Shown piece by piece: positions 1-9,188 of a DNA stretch of 64,000 nucleotides. How positions within the stretch are numbered: the first letter of the stretch is position 1; every line of letters begins with the position of its first letter. The DNA comes from a virus. The notes under the pieces are model-generated. The model made no database searches. It saw only the letters and a program-made list of their open reading frames with translations, and was not told where the DNA came from. The stretch lies in the IMG/VR virus record IMGVR_UViG_3300001687_001193. One strand, 5' to 3'. Position numbers and translations under genes: made by a program.

Positions 1-687
1 GTGCCGGTAACATATATTAAGGGAGATGCCACTTGTGTCCAGGCAACGGACGGGCTGCGGATAATTGCACATGTATGTAACAATGTAGGTGGATTTGGAT
101 CTGGTTTCGCCGCGTGCATTGCCAAGAAATGGCCTCTTGTAAAAGTTAGATATAAACTGTGGCATAAAAGGGCCACCGAATATACTAAATTTGACGCCGG
201 ACAGGATGTTACTGGGACGGGCTTACGGTGCGACCAGTGTGGCAAGGAAGCGGAGTATTTCGGCGGGCAAGACGTCGATGGGTCTCCACTTACACTGTGC
301 AATGAACATAACATACAAATGATGCCGTTGGGTGAAATACAATTAGTAAGAGTTGAAGATGATCACGGCATTATTTTCGTTGCGAACATGGTAGCCCAAG
401 ACAGATACGTCAATAGGGACAACCCTGTTGCGCTCAGATACGATCATCTTATGACATGTTTAATGAAATTAGGAAACTGGGTTCGGCGCTATAAGAAAGT
501 GCGCGTCCCAATGCACATACATAAACCTGACTCCTTGCGGGTTACGATTCATATGCCACGGATAGGATGCGGCTTGGCCGGCGGTGAATGGTCTGTAGTA
601 TCGAAATGTGTGGAAGGACTTTTAGGCACGAGTTACAACGTCTATGTATACGACTTAATCGAGAAAGATTGCGGGCCAGAACTTTGA
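1..687 (+). CDS. Macro-domain (ADP-ribose/Appr-1''-p processing) protein with inserted CxxC...C Zn ribbon; the 5' end may lie upstream of the window
   Basis: The N-terminal stretch YIKGDATCVQATDGLRIIAHVCNNVGGFGSGFAACIAKKWP resembles the macro-domain GDIT...AIVNAANxxLxGGGGV core. A CDQCGKEAEYFGG...LCNEHN Zn-ribbon-like insert follows. The ORF opens at base 1 with GTG. Confidence 0.45.
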   Translation: MPVTYIKGDATCVQATDGLRIIAHVCNNVGGFGSGFAACIAKKWPLVKVRYKLWHKRATEYTKFDAGQDVTGTGLRCDQCGKEAEYFGGQDVDGSPLTLCNEHNIQMMPLGEIQLVRVEDDHGIIFVANMVAQDRYVNRDNPVALRYDHLMTCLMKLGNWVRRYKKVRVPMHIHKPDSLRVTIHMPRIGCGLAGGEWSVVSKCVEGLLGTSYNVYVYDLIEKDCGPEL

Positions 688-696
688 GGTAGCTTA

Positions 697-1305
697 GTGA
701 AGACATACCCAAGTATACCCAGATTTTCTGGGAAGTCGCGTGACCTTTATACATTTGATAAATTGGATGGATCGAACCTGAGATTTGAGTGGACCAAGAA
801 AAAAGGATGGCACAAATTCGGCACCCGCAAAAGGCTATTTGACGAGACAGATATAATATTTGGTTCTGCCATCCCACTTTTTATGGAAAGCTTATCAGAG
901 CCGATAGGCAAAGTATTTGCAGATAAAAACTGGCAGAAAACAATTGTGTTTGTAGAGTTTTGGGGTCATGAAAGCTTTGCTGGGGTCCACATAGAGGACG
1001 ACCCTAAGTTTCTAACGGTGATAGACATCTCTATACATCGACTCGGCATGCTGCCACCTAAAGAATTTCTCACATATTTCGAAGAATTTGGGCCAGCCTA
1101 TCTGGGATATCACCGCTGGAACAAAGAGTTCGTCGATCTAGTACACTCTGGAGAATCTGATTTGTCAATCTCTTTTGAAGGCATAGTAGGCAAAACGATG
1201 CAAAAGAACGTAATGGTTATGTACAAGGCTAAAACTCGAGAGTGGATTAACAAGGTGCGTCGAAGCTATAATGCTCTAGAAGCACAAGAAATTATCGACA
1301 GTTAA
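697..1305 (+). CDS. Rnl2-family RNA ligase (adenylyltransferase domain only)
   Basis: GTG start after GAGGT RBS. Motif I KLDGSN is present as FDKLDGSNLRF. Motif III-like VFVEFWGHESFAG, motif IV EGIVGK and motif V KAK (VMYKAKTREW) follow. The N-terminus MKTYPSIP resembles T4 Rnl2 MFKKYSSL. Confidence 0.6.
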   Translation: MKTYPSIPRFSGKSRDLYTFDKLDGSNLRFEWTKKKGWHKFGTRKRLFDETDIIFGSAIPLFMESLSEPIGKVFADKNWQKTIVFVEFWGHESFAGVHIEDDPKFLTVIDISIHRLGMLPPKEFLTYFEEFGPAYLGYHRWNKEFVDLVHSGESDLSISFEGIVGKTMQKNVMVMYKAKTREWINKVRRSYNALEAQEIIDS

Positions 1306-1310
1306 AAGGA

Positions 1311-1544
1311 ATGATGACAATGAATGACCTATTCGAAGCGGGCACAATAATTTGGGATAGAACTTGTAGCTTACAGGGCGTTGCTACTGGTGCTAGCTAT
1401 CCTTGTCGACTCGCCGGTTGCAATGGTATCCGTATTACTGTACGTTGGCCAGATGGCAAACATACGCACCCGTGTAGCAAGGGCATTGTGGCGAGAGACG
1501 GTAAATGGAAGATAAGGTCTTCGTGGTACCATTATTTGACCTAA
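1311..1544 (+). CDS. hypothetical small Cys-containing protein
   Basis: ORF packed between neighbouring genes on the same strand. Confidence 0.3.
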   Translation: MMTMNDLFEAGTIIWDRTCSLQGVATGASYPCRLAGCNGIRITVRWPDGKHTHPCSKGIVARDGKWKIRSSWYHYLT

Positions 1545-1553
1545 AAGAAGAGC

Positions 1554-2264
1554 TTGCCAAGAAATGGCGAGTCAGCGAATCATACACTATTCGATTCAGA
1601 TTATAGTACATACGATGCAATGACGATAGCCGTGTGCTATGGAAGAGATATAGAGAATTTCTCCACGAGACACAATTTTCCTGATCATATGGAAAGGCAG
1701 AGCGTTAAAATTGAGCGCCAGAGGCTATTCAAGGCGGTAATGGGCATAGCAAAGGAATATTTAACAAACAAACAGTTGTCTGTGTTGCGTTTGTTCCTAG
1801 ACGGCCTGACCCAAGAGAAGATTACAGAGAAGCTTGGAGTTAATCAGACAACCATACACAAAACTCTGTTCGGCAATTTAGTATATAATGGACCGTACGA
1901 AGGTAGAAGACATGGGGGCATAGTTGCCAAACTTAGGAAGCTGTGCCTGAGAGATCCGAACATTTGCTGTCTCTTAAAAAGGATTGAATCTATTAGGTGT
2001 GCTGATCCTAATGCATTGCCCAAACAAAAGTATGTGGCATCATGGGAATTTAAGTATAAATACCCCATAAGAGGAGAATATTTGGAATTGTCAAGTGGTC
2101 GCTTAGTCTTTGTTGGAATTGCAAACAAAAGGGAAAGGAAAGCCTACGTTTATAAGAACAAATTTTACGATGATAAAGCAACACTACTTTCGAATGACGG
2201 ATACGACGTCATAGAACTTCATTACAACGGTAAAATTGTAGAACACAGGAGAACAACATGTTAG
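1554..2264 (+). CDS. HTH protein with sigma-70 region-4 / LuxR-like helix-turn-helix (possible phage sigma or transcription factor); start uncertain (TTG in track, in-frame ATG at 1617)
   Basis: LSVLRLFLDGLTQEKITEKLGVNQTTIHKTL matches the sigma region 4.2 HTH pattern. Confidence 0.4.
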   Translation: MPRNGESANHTLFDSDYSTYDAMTIAVCYGRDIENFSTRHNFPDHMERQSVKIERQRLFKAVMGIAKEYLTNKQLSVLRLFLDGLTQEKITEKLGVNQTTIHKTLFGNLVYNGPYEGRRHGGIVAKLRKLCLRDPNICCLLKRIESIRCADPNALPKQKYVASWEFKYKYPIRGEYLELSSGRLVFVGIANKRERKAYVYKNKFYDDKATLLSNDGYDVIELHYNGKIVEHRRTTC

Positions 2265-2884
2265 CAGAATTTTTTATCATTGGGGGAATTTGGTTTTGGC
2301 TTTTAACAGCCGTTGTGATCATTGCATTGATCTGGGAAACCAGCTGTGAACGACCTGGATTGGCAATTGCCACCTTCCTTTTTTATTGCGCACTAATTCA
2401 TTTCTTTGGCAACGCCTCGTTTTTCTCTAATATCCAAGCACATCCCGAGATCGTGTACATAGGTCTACCCACATATTTCGCAGCAGGAGCAATATGGGGC
2501 GTGGTAAAATGGATCCTATACGTGAAACGCAAATCTATTAGATATAAGGAAGACAGGCTTTCATTCCTACTTCAATGCAAAGTCGAGGGTGCAACAATTG
2601 ATACGCGCGTTCCCGACCGCTTACGTAATACTTGGCAGAGTAGTAATTGGGGTGCGCGCGAACATGCAAAGCCAATGGTGAGATACAATAAGGGAAAGGT
2701 CCTCACATGGATGGGGTTTTGGCCAGTTTCTGTACTATGGTCAATTATTGATGAGCCATGGCGTTACATCTATGATGCTATTCACGATCTTCTACAACGA
2801 GTTTCCGACAGGATTTATGCCTCTGCTGGCTTCGACGAGGATATGAAAAAGAATGCTAAGAGTGCCGGCGTCGGCGGTGACTGA
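2258..2884 (+). CDS. membrane protein (N-terminal transmembrane helices)
   Basis: Hydrophobic N-terminus FFIIGGIWFWLLTAVVIIALIW. 4-nt overlap with the upstream gene. Confidence 0.4.
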   Translation: MLAEFFIIGGIWFWLLTAVVIIALIWETSCERPGLAIATFLFYCALIHFFGNASFFSNIQAHPEIVYIGLPTYFAAGAIWGVVKWILYVKRKSIRYKEDRLSFLLQCKVEGATIDTRVPDRLRNTWQSSNWGAREHAKPMVRYNKGKVLTWMGFWPVSVLWSIIDEPWRYIYDAIHDLLQRVSDRIYASAGFDEDMKKNAKSAGVGGD

Positions 2885-2946
2885 TATGGATGCGGAAGCG
2901 GCTGTAGCAGCGATAGCAGTATTGGATGAGCTAACGGAGAGATAAC

Positions 2947-3858
2947 ATGTCCATTAAAGATCCTGAAAAGCTTATCGGTCTCGTTACGGGGGCCATGAGA
3001 AAACAGGCCAAGGAGGCTCGCACCAACAAGGCAGAGATAGATATCTCTGGTGGCGTAGACAGCGCGGTAGTAGCCGCGCTTGCGTGCCGTGCATTTGGAC
3101 CTGAGAATGTAATCGGAGTATATAGCGACATTAATTCATCTCCAGAATCGCGGCGTAGAGCTAAACTAACTGCGCATACATTTGGTATTTATCTTATAAA
3201 TCTTGATCTCGGGGAAATATATAGTCTTATTGTTCAAGCCGTGAGGAATGAGTTCGACAAACTCGGACTAATATGGCCAAAGGAATCGGAAGATCCAACA
3301 GCCTTCGGTGGTCTCAGGAGTTGTCTTAGGGCACCAATAGGTAGGTTCGTCAACCGTATGTTTGGCGGTGGCATTAGACAAGGCACAGGGAACAGAGACG
3401 AGGACGAGTTGCTCCGGTTCTACCAGAAAGGCGGAGACGGCGAAGTAGACTGCAATTGGATTGGCGGTTTATTTAAGAGCGAAGTTTGGGAACTTGCCGA
3501 ATACCTGGGTGTGCCACAGGAGATAATTGATGCAACGCCGACCCCAGATTTGTGGGGAAGCGGCGACGCGCACAATGATGAGGATGAACTCAGGGAAATA
3601 ACAGGCGTCGAACTCACTTATGGTAGGCCCGGCAAGGAAACGGGGACCATCGAATGGGTAATTAGGGAAAACGATAAGTGTGGCATTATTACAGGCTACA
3701 ACAGCGAAAGGCGAGAAGACATCGAAGGCCTTTATACCCCTGAGCAATGGAAGGTTATCGAAGCCGTACGTAAGATGGAAAAAGCTACAAGGCATAAAGC
3801 TCAATTGCCGCCGATACTACATCGTGAAGCGCTACTAGTTGGAGGAGCAGTAGAATAA
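2947..3858 (+). CDS. nadE: NH3-dependent NAD+ synthetase
   Basis: PP-loop SGGVDS is present as DISGGVDSAVVAAL. The C-terminal block KGGDGEVDCNWIGGLFKSEVWELAEYLGVPQEII...PTPDLW...ELTYG parallels E. coli NadE [21 protein letters not shown]...APTADLEDD...LGVTY. Confidence 0.7.
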   Translation: MSIKDPEKLIGLVTGAMRKQAKEARTNKAEIDISGGVDSAVVAALACRAFGPENVIGVYSDINSSPESRRRAKLTAHTFGIYLINLDLGEIYSLIVQAVRNEFDKLGLIWPKESEDPTAFGGLRSCLRAPIGRFVNRMFGGGIRQGTGNRDEDELLRFYQKGGDGEVDCNWIGGLFKSEVWELAEYLGVPQEIIDATPTPDLWGSGDAHNDEDELREITGVELTYGRPGKETGTIEWVIRENDKCGIITGYNSERREDIEGLYTPEQWKVIEAVRKMEKATRHKAQLPPILHREALLVGGAVE

Positions 3859-3881
3859 GACTGGGACACAGGAGTAGAAAG

Positions 3882-4058
3882 ATGACCGCATTACAAAAAA
3901 TGACGTCCGGCGAGACGGATGAGGACGCAGCTTTCTATGCTGCTATTGAGGCTTTGGAGACAGCGGAACGCGAGTTGCAAGGTGTGATCTCCGCATTGTA
4001 CGCCGCCCTCGGGGCCTCCAGGCGGGCACAAACTGCGGAACGTGGACTGCGACGATGA
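3882..4058 (+). CDS. small hypothetical protein (58 aa, helical)
   Basis: ATG preceded by AGGAG RBS. Not in the supplied ORF track (below 60 aa). Overlaps the next start by 4 nt. Confidence 0.35.
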   Translation: MTALQKMTSGETDEDAAFYAAIEALETAERELQGVISALYAALGASRRAQTAERGLRR

Positions 4059-4939
4059 AGTCGATACTCGACGAATTCGAATACGCTGCTGGTACTGTAA
4101 TAGGAACGTATCATACGCGGACGAACAAGAATAATCAAGACTCTTTTTTCTATTTTGAAGGCGACCATGTACTTGTGGGTGTGGTGTGTGACGGGTGCGG
4201 GAGCGGCGCCCACAGCGAGGTCGGTGCTAGCATCGGAGCGCCTGCTATCGCATGGGAGCTATCCGCCTGTGGGCTTGACAGAGTCGGGAATGAGCCGCAA
4301 AAACTTAAGGAGACGCTAGAGTGGGCTAAACATTTAATGGTAAAGCGTATCTCAAAGTGTGCCTTTAGAGTTGGTTTGCCGTTAGTCGAAGCTGTTAGTG
4401 AGTATTTCTTATTTACCGTGGTGGCAGTAGTCGTGGCCAGAGACTATACCTATGTCATCTCATTCGGAGATGGATTTTATGCTGTTAACCAGAAGCAAGT
4501 CCCGATAGGCCCGTTTGAGAACAATGCTCCACCATATATCGGCTATAATATCATAGCTGGCAAAGTGAATATAATGAGGGAGCATTTAGGCTTCGTTGTG
4601 AACGAAATAATTCCCACTTCCGAGTTGTCGAGCGTGATGATAGCAACGGACGGTATAGATGATTTCCTAGAATCCTCTGAGAAAAAGATCCCAGGAAAGG
4701 AAGAGTTGGTTGGCCCGGTTTCACAATTCTGGGATAAAGATCTATTTTTTAGCAACCCTGCGGCGCTAGAACGCCGTCTGTGTCTGATCAATAGAACAAC
4801 TAGTAGAGTCAACCGCACAACTAGAGCGTTGCAAATAGAGCGTGGATATCTTAAGGATGATACAACTATTTTAGTTATAAGGCGCAAGCAAGATGATAGT
4901 TTACCTGAGAGGGAAGAAACTAAGCCTGAGCCCGTCTAA
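4055..4939 (+). CDS. PP2C-family Ser/Thr protein phosphatase
   Basis: VGVVCDGCGSGAHSEVGA matches the PP2C DGHGG metal-binding motif. The later MIATDGIDD matches PP2C motif 8 (DG..D). Confidence 0.5.
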   Translation: MKSILDEFEYAAGTVIGTYHTRTNKNNQDSFFYFEGDHVLVGVVCDGCGSGAHSEVGASIGAPAIAWELSACGLDRVGNEPQKLKETLEWAKHLMVKRISKCAFRVGLPLVEAVSEYFLFTVVAVVVARDYTYVISFGDGFYAVNQKQVPIGPFENNAPPYIGYNIIAGKVNIMREHLGFVVNEIIPTSELSSVMIATDGIDDFLESSEKKIPGKEELVGPVSQFWDKDLFFSNPAALERRLCLINRTTSRVNRTTRALQIERGYLKDDTTILVIRRKQDDSLPEREETKPEPV

Positions 4940-6749
4940 GTCTATTGGGAAAGGCGGTGAGGCTGACATATTTGACATAGGGAATGGTCAAGTATTGAAA
5001 GTTTTCAAGCAGGCGAGCCATCCGGACTTCGCCGGCTTCAGACTCGAACAGCAAATGGCAGAAGCCAGATTACAAGAGCACCAGAAGAAACTTCCGGCTT
5101 TCCCCAAAGATTTGCCGCAACGCGTTGTTACACCTATCGATTTGGCGACAAACACAAAAGGCAAGACAATCTTGGGTTACTCCATGAAGTTTTTAAAAGG
5201 CTACGAAGTTTTACTAAAGTACGCCGACCGAAACTACAGACGAGCCGGCGTCAGCAACGACCTAGTAGTGAAGACCTTTATGGACCTACACGAGACGGTA
5301 AAGAGTATTCATAATAAAAACGTAGTCATTGGAGATTTCAACGATCTTAACATCATGGTAAAAAACGGGGAAGCATATATAATCGATGCTGACAGTTTTC
5401 AATTTGGCCCGTTTATGTGTAGAGTGTTTACCGAGAAATTTGTGGACCCCATGTTGTGTGATCCGAACGGGCCCAGGCCGATACTCGCCAAACTACATAC
5501 CCCGGATTCAGACTGGTATGCCTTTTCAGTAATGTTAATGCAATCTCTACTATTTGTAGGTCCATACGGTGGCATTTATAGGCCAAGCGATAAAAAGAAA
5601 AGGGTCAATCATGCTGTTAGACCCTTAAAGCGAATCACCGTATTTGATAATGAGGTGAAGTATCCTAAGCCAGCCGTACATTTTAGTGTCCTGCCGGACG
5701 ACTTGCTACAACACTTCCACCGTATATTTAAGGAAGATAGGCGCGGAGAGTTCCCCGACAATCTCTTGAATATTAAGTGGGTTGTTTGCACGAACTGTGG
5801 TATGGTACACGCCAGGAAGACTTGTCCAGGATGCGCCACATATACTCCGACGGCTGTTAAAGAAGTCATTAGAGGAAGGGTTACTTGTACTAGAGTGTTT
5901 CGTACATCTGGAATAATAGTGTTTGCCACAGTGCAAAACAATAGGCTGCGTTATCTATATCACGAAGGTGGAGAGTTTAAAAGAGAGGGCGGAATTCCTG
6001 TTATAAAGGGTAATATTAGACCAACGATGCGTTTTGGAATCCAGAGTAAATCAACATTAGTTGGCGAGAAAGGGTGCCTAGTAGTATTGTCGCCCGGAGC
6101 CACCGAGAAACTGGCAGTCGATAGCGTTGGGTCTCTGCCTTTGTTTGCTGCGAATGACAATAGATATTATTGGGTCACTGATGGCAGGTTGATGCGCAAC
6201 GGGCGCCTTGGGCCAAAACGTATAGGCGACGTTCTGTCTAACCAAACCCTGTTTTGGGTGGGATCACAATTCGGATTCGGTTTTTACCGCGCCGGCAATT
6301 TTAACGTCGGCTTTGTTTTTAATGCTGAGACTGGTGGTATTAACGACTCCGTGAAGCTTCCAGTTATTCCTGGCCAACTTGTTGATGCGACGTGTTACTT
6401 TGCTGGCAATTGGGCTTGGTTCATAGTATCTGTACGCGACAAAGGAAAGACCGTTAACAAATGCATGATCATCAAGTCAGACGGCAGCGTCAACGAATCG
6501 TTTGAGGCACACGATGGCGATGGATCATGGCTAGGATCTGCGAGAGGGAAGTGCGCCGCCGGGCGATTTCTGTTAGCCGCAACGGATGATGGTGTTGTTA
6601 GAGTGGAGCCGGATGGTGGCACGCTGTCTGTAGTTAAGGAATTCCCAGACACCGAGCCGTTTGTGGACTCAGGTTGTCATCTGTTTGCCAGCAACGCCGG
6701 GCTGTTCGTTGTATCTAGGAAAGAAGTTAGATCGCTGAAAATAGTGTGA
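4893..6749 (+). CDS. Ser/Thr protein kinase-like domain fused to a CxxC-CxxC Zn ribbon and a large C-terminal beta-rich domain
   Basis: Gly-loop IGKGGEADIF followed by VLKVFK (Lys). Catalytic-loop-like IHNKNVVIGDFNDLNIMV. DFG-like IIDADSFQF. Then CTNCGMVHARKTCPGC. Confidence 0.5.
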   Translation: MIVYLRGKKLSLSPSKSIGKGGEADIFDIGNGQVLKVFKQASHPDFAGFRLEQQMAEARLQEHQKKLPAFPKDLPQRVVTPIDLATNTKGKTILGYSMKFLKGYEVLLKYADRNYRRAGVSNDLVVKTFMDLHETVKSIHNKNVVIGDFNDLNIMVKNGEAYIIDADSFQFGPFMCRVFTEKFVDPMLCDPNGPRPILAKLHTPDSDWYAFSVMLMQSLLFVGPYGGIYRPSDKKKRVNHAVRPLKRITVFDNEVKYPKPAVHFSVLPDDLLQHFHRIFKEDRRGEFPDNLLNIKWVVCTNCGMVHARKTCPGCATYTPTAVKEVIRGRVTCTRVFRTSGIIVFATVQNNRLRYLYHEGGEFKREGGIPVIKGNIRPTMRFGIQSKSTLVGEKGCLVVLSPGATEKLAVDSVGSLPLFAANDNRYYWVTDGRLMRNGRLGPKRIGDVLSNQTLFWVGSQFGFGFYRAGNFNVGFVFNAETGGINDSVKLPVIPGQLVDATCYFAGNWAWFIVSVRDKGKTVNKCMIIKSDGSVNESFEAHDGDGSWLGSARGKCAAGRFLLAATDDGVVRVEPDGGTLSVVKEFPDTEPFVDSGCHLFASNAGLFVVSRKEVRSLKIV

Positions 6750-6755
6750 GGTAGA

Positions 6756-7016
6756 ATGGAAGAAGAAAAAGCGCCTTCGATATGGTTAAAAGCAAAGATG
6801 GTTGCAAACGACATACTAGATTGTGTGAATAAAATGCCCGAAAAGGGAATCGTAGATAGAGAAGGCAAAGATATGCCGAGGATTATTATCCAGGGCTTGG
6901 CACTTGCACTTTGTAGCTTCGCTAGCGTGGCTGGAATGAAACGGGAGTCACTTATTGAACGTGTAAAGCTAACGTGGCAGGCTGTAGAAAAAGGGCAGCT
7001 GAAGATAATGAACTAA
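6756..7016 (+). CDS. hypothetical protein
   Basis: ORF with a GAGGTAG RBS-like sequence upstream. Confidence 0.3.
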   Translation: MEEEKAPSIWLKAKMVANDILDCVNKMPEKGIVDREGKDMPRIIIQGLALALCSFASVAGMKRESLIERVKLTWQAVEKGQLKIMN

Positions 7017-7315
7017 TAAGGAGACTTATAGTGCACATATTTAGAACTATCGTATTTGTTTTAGGGCTCGTCGTTATGGCGTTTTTCGCCTCGACCGGGT
7101 TGGATGGAGAATTACCGTCTTGGATTGGAGGTGTTGCTTGGGCTATTTTAGGCGTGTACACAACAGTTAGCTTTTATATGCAAGTGCATTATGAAGACAA
7201 TATGAGAATGATGACTAATCTTATCCAAGAACTTTTAAAGTCAGATGGCGTAAGCAAGCTATCTGAAGTCACAGTTGGCCTTAATATTTCCGACGAGGAG
7301 GAGAAAAATGCGTAA
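6974..7315 (+). CDS. membrane protein (two transmembrane helices)
   Basis: Hydrophobic segments IVFVLGLVVMAFFAS and WIGGVAWAILGVYTTVSFY. Confidence 0.35.
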   Translation: MAGCRKRAAEDNELIRRLIVHIFRTIVFVLGLVVMAFFASTGLDGELPSWIGGVAWAILGVYTTVSFYMQVHYEDNMRMMTNLIQELLKSDGVSKLSEVTVGLNISDEEEKNA

Positions 7316-8357
7316 CTATGAATTGCCAATTCCGTCACACTTTGACCGGAGAAATTCCACCAAGATCCTTCAAGTGCCGTACCAGAAGGTGGAGGGCGAA
7401 GCCAAGGCGTGGGCGAATCGGCATGATTTAAAACCGTCAGCTAATGCTAGTGTGCGCATATGCGTGATGCCAATCGACTGCCAGAACACTTTTTGCATCT
7501 CTTCTGGTGAGTTGTATGTGGGTGGGGCGGAAGAGGACACCAACCGATTGTGCGAATTCATTTACAAAAATCTACGTGTCATTGCAGCTATTAATCCAAC
7601 CATGGATACTCATACAGCCATGCAAATCTTCCATCCGGTGTTCTGGGTGGATAGCAATGGAGACAACCCTGAGCCGATGACTATCTTTAGTCTAGAAGAT
7701 GTACAAAAGGGAGTCTGGAGAGTGAATCCAGGAGTGGCTTCGAGCCTAGCCAAGGGCAACTACGTAGCGCTGCAACAGTACGCCCTCCACTACGTAAAGA
7801 CTCTATCCGAGAATGGTAAGTATTCTTTGTGTATTTGGCCGTACCATGCCATGCTTGGTGGCGTGGGGCATGCCCTTGTAGCTTCGTTAGAAGAAGCTAT
7901 ATTTTTCCATAACGTAGCACGCAATTCGCAAACTGGCTTTGAGATCAAGGGCGGCAACCCACTTACCGAGAACTATTCGGTCCTTAGACCAGAAGTTTTG
8001 ACGTATCCTGACGGAAGGCCGGTCGCGCAAAAGAATGTGCGGTTTATCGAAACGCTGTTAGACTACGACGTAGTGGTGATCGCTGGTCAGGCCAAGAGTC
8101 ATTGCGTCGCGTGGACTATTGATGATTTGCTGAACGAAATCAATACCAAGGACCCTGAACTTGCCAAGAAAGTATATCTACTAGAAGATTGTACGTCTCC
8201 GGTTGTGGTACCGGGAATAATCGACTTTACCGATCAGGCTAATGCAGCTTTCCAGAGATTCTCTGATGCCGGAATGCATGTTGTAAAGTCTACAGAACCG
8301 ATGGAGAATTGGCCGGGCATGGATTGGCTCAAGTCGGCTGGGCCAGCTTGGGTGTGA
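7275..8357 (+). CDS. pncA: isochorismatase-family hydrolase, probable nicotinamidase
   Basis: ICVMPIDCQNTFC parallels nicotinamidase VIDMQNDFC. TMDTHTAMQIFHP parallels TQDWHP. DVVVIAGQAKSHCVAWTIDD carries the catalytic Cys of this family. Confidence 0.5.
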   Translation: MALIFPTRRRKMRNYELPIPSHFDRRNSTKILQVPYQKVEGEAKAWANRHDLKPSANASVRICVMPIDCQNTFCISSGELYVGGAEEDTNRLCEFIYKNLRVIAAINPTMDTHTAMQIFHPVFWVDSNGDNPEPMTIFSLEDVQKGVWRVNPGVASSLAKGNYVALQQYALHYVKTLSENGKYSLCIWPYHAMLGGVGHALVASLEEAIFFHNVARNSQTGFEIKGGNPLTENYSVLRPEVLTYPDGRPVAQKNVRFIETLLDYDVVVIAGQAKSHCVAWTIDDLLNEINTKDPELAKKVYLLEDCTSPVVVPGIIDFTDQANAAFQRFSDAGMHVVKSTEPMENWPGMDWLKSAGPAWV

Positions 8358-8361
8358 GGCT

Positions 8362-8949
8362 ATGGGTGTAAGAGTAGCTATATTTGGAGGATCCTTTAGC
8401 CCACCACATTTAGGGCACATGTTTGTATGTCAATATATATTGGCTACTAAGTTAACAGACGAGGTCTGTCTTATGCCCGTATATAGACATGCTTTGGGGA
8501 AGGAGCTACTGCCATACGGCGATAGACTTGATATGTGTCAATCTATTGCATACGAATTTCCAGATAATAGCGTATGGGTGTCCGATATAGAACAGTATAC
8601 TATGGTTGCAGGGGAAAATGGAGGAGTAAATAGGACCTTCGACACATTAAAAGAATGCTTGGACCGGTATACAGAATTAGAACTCTCGTTGGTAGTTGGT
8701 TCAGACATTCTGATGGAAAAAGATCGTTGGTATAAATTCGACGAAATCGAGAAGATGGTTAATGTAATAGTTGTCGGCAGAGATGGATTTCCATGTCCAG
8801 ATGACGATACTATATATATGCCTAATATTACGTCAACAGAAATTCGAGGTAGAATAGCGTCCGGCCTCCCTATAAACCATTTGGTCCATTACAGTGCTTT
8901 AAAGTATATAAACAAACTGAAGAATTTGACCACTACATCTGGTCTATGA
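8362..8949 (+). CDS. nadD: nicotinate/nicotinamide mononucleotide adenylyltransferase
   Basis: GGSFSPPHLGHM matches the (H/T)xGH nucleotidyltransferase motif of NadD (GGTFDPVHYGH). The C-terminal TSTEIRGRIASG parallels ISATIIRERL. Confidence 0.7.
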   Translation: MGVRVAIFGGSFSPPHLGHMFVCQYILATKLTDEVCLMPVYRHALGKELLPYGDRLDMCQSIAYEFPDNSVWVSDIEQYTMVAGENGGVNRTFDTLKECLDRYTELELSLVVGSDILMEKDRWYKFDEIEKMVNVIVVGRDGFPCPDDDTIYMPNITSTEIRGRIASGLPINHLVHYSALKYINKLKNLTTTSGL

Positions 8950-9188
8950 GAGGAAGTATGTGTTACACTATAGTATATTGGGTAAAACTTAGTATTGACG
9001 AATTTGGCGAACAACATGGAGAGATACGCATTACACATTGTGCGACACAAGAAAGTCTCAACAATACTTTAAAGAAACTAGGATATGACGGCATGGGTTG
9101 GATAAGAGTCTTTGCCGGTGAGTTACACGCACTTGATATAGAAACACAATTTGTGCCAAAGGAGAAAAATAATGCAAAGGTTGAATAG
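8946..9188 (+). CDS. hypothetical protein
   Basis: ORF with 4-nt overlap to nadD. Confidence 0.35.
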   Translation: MRGSMCYTIVYWVKLSIDEFGEQHGEIRITHCATQESLNNTLKKLGYDGMGWIRVFAGELHALDIETQFVPKEKNNAKVE

